Positions 58,730 to 64,000 of a stretch of 64,000 nucleotides of DNA are shown in pieces. Where the stretch lies: the IMG/VR virus record IMGVR_UViG_3300028886_000057, positions 1-64,000 of that record. One strand, written 5' to 3'. How positions within the stretch are numbered: the first letter of the stretch is position 1; each line of letters opens with the position of its first letter. Both the position numbers and the translations under genes were made by a program. Under the pieces are notes generated by a model. It was not told the DNA's origin. It saw only the letters and a program-made list of their open reading frames with translations, and made no database searches. The stretch comes from a virus. Its lineage: Duplodnaviria > Caudoviricetes.

Positions 58730-59278
58730 CTAGCTCCTTTTTGCGTCGGCCGCTCCAAGCCCTTGTAACCACTCAGTTCGATCGGCTTTAATTTGCTCTT
58801 CCTGTTGTGGCTTCCACTCATTCTCCTTCGTCCAAAACATCGAAGTAATGTTGGTAAAGAGGGTCGGTGAGTCGTGGCGGAAGAGGGCTTGGTTGGTAGT
58901 GCGGCAGTTTAGCGGACCGCGACTTTCGTCCCAGTGGCCGACTTTATAGTAGTTGAGGTGTAACTGGAGGTCCATATCCCACGCGTCCATGCCGCTATAG
59001 AACGCGGCTTTGCGACCAAGCCAACGAATCCAGTCGGCGAGCCGCGAAACTTCCCAGTGGTCATTATCACCACCCATTAACAAAATGCAAGTGGCGTAGG
59101 GGTAGAGTTTAATAGCCTTCGCTAATTTCTCAAAGGTTAGTTCATATTTGCCGCGCTCCCAAAGCCACGGACTTGAGCAGCCGTGGCAATGGCAGGGGCA
59201 ATCACAGATATAGAAGGTTAAACAAATTTCACCGGGGATGGAGCGTAAATCAACTTCGTAATCGGTGAAAGTTAACAT
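58730..59278 (-). CDS. nrdG: anaerobic RNR activase
   Basis: CPCHCHGC, LMGGD, YYKVG, TTNQ. Confidence 0.92.
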   Translation of the reverse strand: MLTFTDYEVDLRSIPGEICLTFYICDCPCHCHGCSSPWLWERGKYELTFEKLAKAIKLYPYATCILLMGGDNDHWEVSRLADWIRWLGRKAAFYSGMDAWDMDLQLHLNYYKVGHWDESRGPLNCRTTNQALFRHDSPTLFTNITSMFWTKENEWKPQQEEQIKADRTEWLQGLGAADAKRS

Positions 59279-61140
59279 TAGTCAAGCTCCGATCCGTCGT
59301 GGAGACCCGGCTTGGTATAGGCACGTCGTGCGGCCTCATCTTGGCGTGCGGCGCTAAAGTTGGACACTCTTTTTAGGTAACCTATGATTCTCGTGCAATA
59401 GTCGAGATTTTTGCTATGGCAGCGCGGGCACTCATCAAGAGTGTGTTTGCTAATATAGCCGCAATCGTTGCAGATGGTATTGCGGACGTTGTAGGTGAAG
59501 TAGTTACAACCAGCTTCTACTGCGACATCCATGAGTTTGCGGTAAGTCGCGGCGTCCAAGTGCTCTTCAAGGTTGTTGTGGAGGGCAACGCCGCCGCTGC
59601 ATTGATCCGCGAAACCGGTGCCTTGATAGTAGAAGCGGAGGACCGGGTCAATATTATCTTCGACAACGTAGAAGTAGGAATTGTAGCAGTTGCGGCTGCT
59701 CGGCACGGAGTAGCCATCACGCTTATCCCAGTTGTAGAACTTGACGGCGAGATTCTCGGCTGGGACGAACTCGGTATTGAACTTTGTATGCTCGGTTTTA
59801 TGTTCTTCGTTGAGTCGGCCAATTGTGCCAAGTACGTCGGCAGCGAGTTGACGATATTCGGCGCTGAACGGGCTAACTTTAATGCCAAGGAACTCGGCGG
59901 CTTCGACAAAGCCATTAATACCAACAGTAAGGTACTGCTTGTCGAGTTCGATGAAGCCGGCTTTGAAGATGGTCAACATACCATTGTTATAATCGTCCCA
60001 AAGTTTGTTATTGAACGCGGTTAGATATTTATGAATACGAGTAGTGGTCGCGGCAATGTATTCGGAGAACGGGCCTTTGCGACCTTCGCGGTCCCAGTCC
60101 TGAACGAGGCGGTTCAAGTTCATGGTTATAACGGCCTTTGAACCTGTTTCTACACCACCGGCGCCAAGCGTGTAGGAGAACGGTTCCCGTTCTACTGCAT
60201 TGCGAAGGCGGCAGCAAGAGCTGAGGGCGTCGACAGAATCACTTTGATACATGAAGAAGGAAGCGCCTTCTGACCACATTTCGGAGAAGAAGCTGGCCAT
60301 TTCCTCATCTTTGTAGTGGCCGTTCTCAACAAGGATGTTTGCGGTTTCAACAGGGAAGGTAAGAATGGTGCGAAGACGCTCATTATTAAACCACTTCATA
60401 AAGAGCTTCTGCAGCACTTTGGTAGATTCCCAGCACGGTTCGTCGCCATCGGGGAAGAAGAAGCCGTTAAAAATGGATTCAAAGTAGTAGCGATCGAAGT
60501 AGGCAATGTTCCAGAAAATGGACTGGTTGCCACGAGCGGCGGCGGGCTGATTAATGCTATAAATAATTTGGCCGAAATGCTTTTCGATCTTGTCGCGCAA
60601 CGTCATGCCGCGACTCGGTTCGATAACGTCATCAAGGTGGAGGTAATAGTCCTGACCGTAATCAATGCGCATAAAGTGATCGAAATAGGTAAGGAACTCT
60701 GGTGTCGCCACTGCACCAGCAAATTGTGCGGCAACGATGAAGAGGAGGTTGATGAAGCCGCCGCAGAACTCTTCTATATGTTTGGGTGCAGTGCTGCCGC
60801 CGCCAACCTTTGTAAGCCCATCCAATAGGAAGGGATACATAGTCATAGCGACGCAATACGGGAAGCCACCCGCACCAGTGGTTTCGTCATGTCGGTAGAT
60901 AATGTGGTGGCTCAAGTCTTCCTCATACTGAGCCGCCAATTCAGCGCCAAAATACTTGGTTAAATAGTTCTTCATAACGGCGCGCTGAAGCAGAATATGG
61001 TCGGCCTTATTAAGTTCGACGGCGAGGGTTGCGATATTCTTTTCCGTTACGTTCGCATTGGGGTCTACTTCAGAGCCGGTAGCAGCATTGCGAGCGCCAC
61101 GATACTCTTCCATAAACCGAAGTTTTTCGTCTATTGTCAT
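59278..61140 (-). CDS. nrdD: class III ribonucleotide reductase, no ATP cone
   Basis: PYC, SSCCRL, PAEN, CNDC..CPRC, TRIIGYL. Confidence 0.96.
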   Translation of the reverse strand: MTIDEKLRFMEEYRGARNAATGSEVDPNANVTEKNIATLAVELNKADHILLQRAVMKNYLTKYFGAELAAQYEEDLSHHIIYRHDETTGAGGFPYCVAMTMYPFLLDGLTKVGGGSTAPKHIEEFCGGFINLLFIVAAQFAGAVATPEFLTYFDHFMRIDYGQDYYLHLDDVIEPSRGMTLRDKIEKHFGQIIYSINQPAAARGNQSIFWNIAYFDRYYFESIFNGFFFPDGDEPCWESTKVLQKLFMKWFNNERLRTILTFPVETANILVENGHYKDEEMASFFSEMWSEGASFFMYQSDSVDALSSCCRLRNAVEREPFSYTLGAGGVETGSKAVITMNLNRLVQDWDREGRKGPFSEYIAATTTRIHKYLTAFNNKLWDDYNNGMLTIFKAGFIELDKQYLTVGINGFVEAAEFLGIKVSPFSAEYRQLAADVLGTIGRLNEEHKTEHTKFNTEFVPAENLAVKFYNWDKRDGYSVPSSRNCYNSYFYVVEDNIDPVLRFYYQGTGFADQCSGGVALHNNLEEHLDAATYRKLMDVAVEAGCNYFTYNVRNTICNDCGYISKHTLDECPRCHSKNLDYCTRIIGYLKRVSNFSAARQDEAARRAYTKPGLHDGSELD

Positions 61141-61151
61141 AAAACTCCTAA

Positions 61152-61210
61152 TAAAAAAACTAACACTATCGTGCTAGTTTTATTATAGACAAATGTTTTG
61201 AAATAAGCAA
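61152..61210 (-). promoter_or_regulatory. nrdD promoter (17-bp) abutting a terminator-like hairpin
   Basis: TTGCTT-17-TATAAT then AAAACTAGCAC-GATA-GTGTTAGTTTT plus T tract. Confidence 0.6.
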
Positions 61211-61226
61211 GTTAATTTTGCGTTTG

Positions 61227-61442
61227 TTAGTTTTTGCGGGCTGCGAAAAATGCCTTGGCTTGACCGAGATTCATAAGCGTGCCGTCCTCAAATTCAATCC
61301 AGGGTACGGCTTTAAAGCCTTTAGAGCGCATGAGGTCGGTATCAGTGTTTTCGGTCCAGGTATAGCCGTTCTGTTTCAAGAGAATGGTCATAGCAGTACA
61401 AGCGGGGCAGTGCGTGGTGTAAAGGGTTACATGTTTTTCCAT
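61227..61442 (-). CDS. glutaredoxin/NrdH-like redoxin
   Basis: LYTTHCPAC, AVP cis-Pro. Confidence 0.85.
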   Translation of the reverse strand: MEKHVTLYTTHCPACTAMTILLKQNGYTWTENTDTDLMRSKGFKAVPWIEFEDGTLMNLGQAKAFFAARKN

Positions 61443-62110
61443 TATTCTTTATTCCTTTCTTCATAAGCGAGCAAGCTTTCATAAACCGCTTCTGGGTAAT
61501 GCGCCCCGACACAATGCGGCCAATGATAGTTTTTAGTAGATACGCCTTTGCCAATATGTAAGATTTCAGCAACATGGCGATAGATAAATAGTACGGGCGG
61601 CACATGAGTTACAATATCGTTCTTGTTGCGAATAATGCGGAAATGTTTCCAGCGTTCACGCAACTCTTTCTTGAGATGCCAGCCGAAGAAAATGCGCGGG
61701 GCTTCAAAACCAAAACCGGCTAAGCCATATTCACGCAGATCGGGGCGATAATACCAAACACATTCGTGGCAGAAAGTAGCAAGCGCACCACCATGGGAGT
61801 AGCCGACAACCACGATTTGTTTCCAACGGTATCCATTATCGTCGGTTTCTAAGATTTTGGCGATAATGAGATCTTCGACTTCTTTCCAAGCGGCTAGAAA
61901 GCCACGATGAACTCGATATGGCACAGCCATATCTTTGTACGGACGGGCTGGGAATAAGAAGTTGCGAATCCAATCGGTAGTAGAGGAACTACCTTGGAAA
62001 TAGATGTAGAGGAGGTCACCACTTTCTACAAATGCGTAATTTACGTCATGGCCGACTGTTTGATATTGTACATCATATGCACACCGATGAAAGAGGGTGC
62101 TTAATTTCAT
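61442..62110 (-). CDS. class 3 lipase (alpha/beta hydrolase)
   Basis: FQGS, VHRGF, GYSHGG, FEAPR, DIVTHVPP, C-terminal H; promoter TTGACA-18-CACAAT at 62162-62191. Confidence 0.9.
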   Translation of the reverse strand: MKLSTLFHRCAYDVQYQTVGHDVNYAFVESGDLLYIYFQGSSSTTDWIRNFLFPARPYKDMAVPYRVHRGFLAAWKEVEDLIIAKILETDDNGYRWKQIVVVGYSHGGALATFCHECVWYYRPDLREYGLAGFGFEAPRIFFGWHLKKELRERWKHFRIIRNKNDIVTHVPPVLFIYRHVAEILHIGKGVSTKNYHWPHCVGAHYPEAVYESLLAYEERNKE

Positions 62111-62198
62111 AAACTTCACCTTAATTTTAAAGTTAAATGTAAAATTCAATTGACCTATTTAATTGTGGCGGAAATACAATGGGAATGTCAAATATATA

Positions 62199-63785
62199 TT
62201 AAGCAGTATGATAATGTTCGCCATCTATAATTGTTTGATCGGTGTACACGGATTGATCTGAAGAGTCTTGTAACATAACGCCATTAACTTTTACAAATGA
62301 ACGCTGCCCAACATTTTGTGACTCTAAAGTTAAACCATATTTTTTTAAAGTAAATGGTGTGCTACTAAGAGCGCTGGTTTGTGTATTCCAAGTATCTCCT
62401 GTATTAAAGGCAATAGCATAACGTATATCGTTAATATACAAAACACGAGTATTCGATAACCCCGCGCGAACAGCATTTTGAACGTCGGGTAAATGACTAC
62501 AAAAACTTAGAATATTTTCTGTGCTATTGTAGGCATACGCCATTAACAATTCAGAATTGCCTCCGACAATATATTCTTTAGTGATATAAGTAGAGCCAAG
62601 AGAGGTTGTTTCCGTAGGATTTGATGAAGAGGTTGTGTCCCACACCAATTTGCCTTCACTGGAATAGTTATGTAAGTACATCGGGCAGAGGTTTTTATAT
62701 TGTACGTATGGGGCGCGATCTGAAGCATGGACATAGATTTGGGTGTCATCAGCTAAAACGGAAGTGTAATTACTTGATAAAACTTCATATTCCAATGCTG
62801 GGGTCGTCCAATATGGGGATAAAATAGAAAAACCCTCGGTTGTTGGAAGCGCTGAACATTTTGCGCTGCCGAAGGTCGGACCTTCAGAAAAACCCTCAAC
62901 GGAATAGTGATCTTGATCTAATTTTAGCCCATTAGCAACGCCAGTACCAGAGAAAATTGCTTGCGCATAAGTTGAAATAAGGTGGTTAGATATATGATAA
63001 TTATGATTAATTGTGTATAATTGAGACACGTTTTTATCCTTTAAACCATGTCCGCCAACTAATAATAATTTATTAGGCGCTAGAGATTCATGTGGACAAA
63101 TAGCGATCCAGTGACTGCCATATACGGTTGAGTTTACTGCATAATCGGTAGTTGTCCATTCTTGTTTAATTTGTAGATTTGCCCAATCTATACTATATTG
63201 CGCCGTGCCCCTGGCATCCACATATTGATGTCGCGTAAAGCTCCAAAAAGCGGTGATATTAGACATCCCAGGACCCGTCACTACTGCATAAATACAGAGA
63301 GGCATCCAATAGTGAGATAATAGATGGGCCGGAGGTTGTAAGCGAGCCAGGTGGTTATCCATTGGTATAATATATTTTTGAGAATTACTGTCTAATGTAT
63401 ATGGAAATTGGTACCATTCATCTTTCAAACCTATCGCTACATCATCATATTGTGGCGAATCTGTGGTAATCATATTGCCGGCCACAACTGTACATTGATA
63501 TGGGGCCGGTACATTTGATTGTAACACTAAACGAGAACCGGAATAAGTAATATTAGCATAATAACTATCCTCAGTGTTGGTTATGTTAACTGACTTCCCC
63601 TTGTGTAAAGAAGTTGTGATTGCAAGCCTATAATTAGTAAAAGTAACATCTAATTGAAGTGGGTCTAATTGAATGGAACTTGGTAACTCCCATGCACCGT
63701 CTTCGGTATATATGTGTGTGGCCTGTAAACGTTTGACCGTTAGTGCGCTACCATATGAAAAACCTGTCGAAAAAATAATAGCCAT
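62199..63785 (-). CDS. 528-aa beta-rich protein, possibly virion/adhesin
   Basis: S/T/Y/N-rich like the tail tip genes; promoter TTGCTG-18-TATATT. Confidence 0.5.
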   Translation of the reverse strand: MAIIFSTGFSYGSALTVKRLQATHIYTEDGAWELPSSIQLDPLQLDVTFTNYRLAITTSLHKGKSVNITNTEDSYYANITYSGSRLVLQSNVPAPYQCTVVAGNMITTDSPQYDDVAIGLKDEWYQFPYTLDSNSQKYIIPMDNHLARLQPPAHLLSHYWMPLCIYAVVTGPGMSNITAFWSFTRHQYVDARGTAQYSIDWANLQIKQEWTTTDYAVNSTVYGSHWIAICPHESLAPNKLLLVGGHGLKDKNVSQLYTINHNYHISNHLISTYAQAIFSGTGVANGLKLDQDHYSVEGFSEGPTFGSAKCSALPTTEGFSILSPYWTTPALEYEVLSSNYTSVLADDTQIYVHASDRAPYVQYKNLCPMYLHNYSSEGKLVWDTTSSSNPTETTSLGSTYITKEYIVGGNSELLMAYAYNSTENILSFCSHLPDVQNAVRAGLSNTRVLYINDIRYAIAFNTGDTWNTQTSALSSTPFTLKKYGLTLESQNVGQRSFVKVNGVMLQDSSDQSVYTDQTIIDGEHYHTA

Positions 63786-63821
63786 ATTAATTCCTCATTA
63801 TCATTTTAATATAACATAAAT

Positions 63822-63848
63822 AAAAAAGCGTCAGCAAACTGACGCTTT
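63822..63848 (-). terminator. intrinsic terminator containing the -35 of the next promoter
   Basis: AAAGCGTCAG-TTTG-CTGACGCTTT plus T tract. Confidence 0.8.
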
Positions 63849-63863
63849 GTAGACTGATTTACA

Positions 63864-64000
63864 TTAATATCCCATTGAGTTCCAACTTGAGCCCCAGGCA
63901 ACATTACTGCACGGTCGACACTGGAAGCTATACGACCAGGTAGTAGGAGCCTGCAATGAGTGGCTGCCAAGAGTAATTGACGCACCTGCCGCCAACTCAG
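63864..64000 (-). CDS. 3' end of a gene continuing beyond the window
   Basis: Open frame ..SFQCRPCSNVAWGSSWNSMGY* ending before a terminator. Confidence 0.5.
   Translation of the reverse strand, partial: ELAAGASITLGSHSLQAPTTWSYSFQCRPCSNVAWGSSWNSMGY

Noticed and set aside
913-60828. Many antisense or alternate-frame ORFs in the track (e.g. 913..1485, 3654..4394, 59416..60024)
   Set aside because: They shadow well-supported genes and follow from codon bias; no RBS or motifs noted.
61156-61181. NrdR box upstream of nrdD
   Set aside because: Poor match to the consensus; better explained as a hairpin.
1-64000. Stop-codon reassignment
   Set aside because: Genes are full length in code 11 and TAA, TAG and TGA all end genes.

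Overview
64 kb of a large tailed dsDNA phage, probably siphovirus-like, using genetic code 11. SigmaA-type promoters, AGGAG ribosome-binding sites and a class III ribonucleotide reductase (RNR) point to an anaerobic Bacillota-type host. The + strand (1.8-29.2 kb) carries the virion module: terminase, portal, protease/scaffold, capsid, neck, tail tube, tape measure, Dit, Tal and fibre. The - strand (29.3-64 kb) carries a nearly self-sufficient replication set (RuvC, DnaQ, DnaE, RecJ, primase, helicase, Sak3, SSB, type IIA topoisomerase, ligase), nucleotide-supply genes (NrdDG, glutaredoxin, FTR-like protein, dUTPase, NCS2 permease, NDT-family enzyme), a GT2-TPR glycosyltransferase and a lipase. 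The best-supported unusual signals are: (1) a group I intron with a GIY-YIG endonuclease inserted in the EG|DSA motif of gyrB; (2) promoter candidates that split into 17-bp spacers (replication/metabolism genes) and 18-bp spacers (virion genes, both homing endonucleases, the lipase); (3) a redoxin/ferredoxin-type class III RNR cluster; (4) a base permease paired with an N-deoxyribosyl enzyme; (5) a membrane-anchored coiled-coil GIY-YIG protein; (6) a cysteine-less radical-SAM-like gene between dnaE and dnaQ. All calls come from reading motifs and gene order by eye; no searches were run. No tRNA, CRISPR array, integrase, reverse transcriptase or recognisable endolysin was seen.
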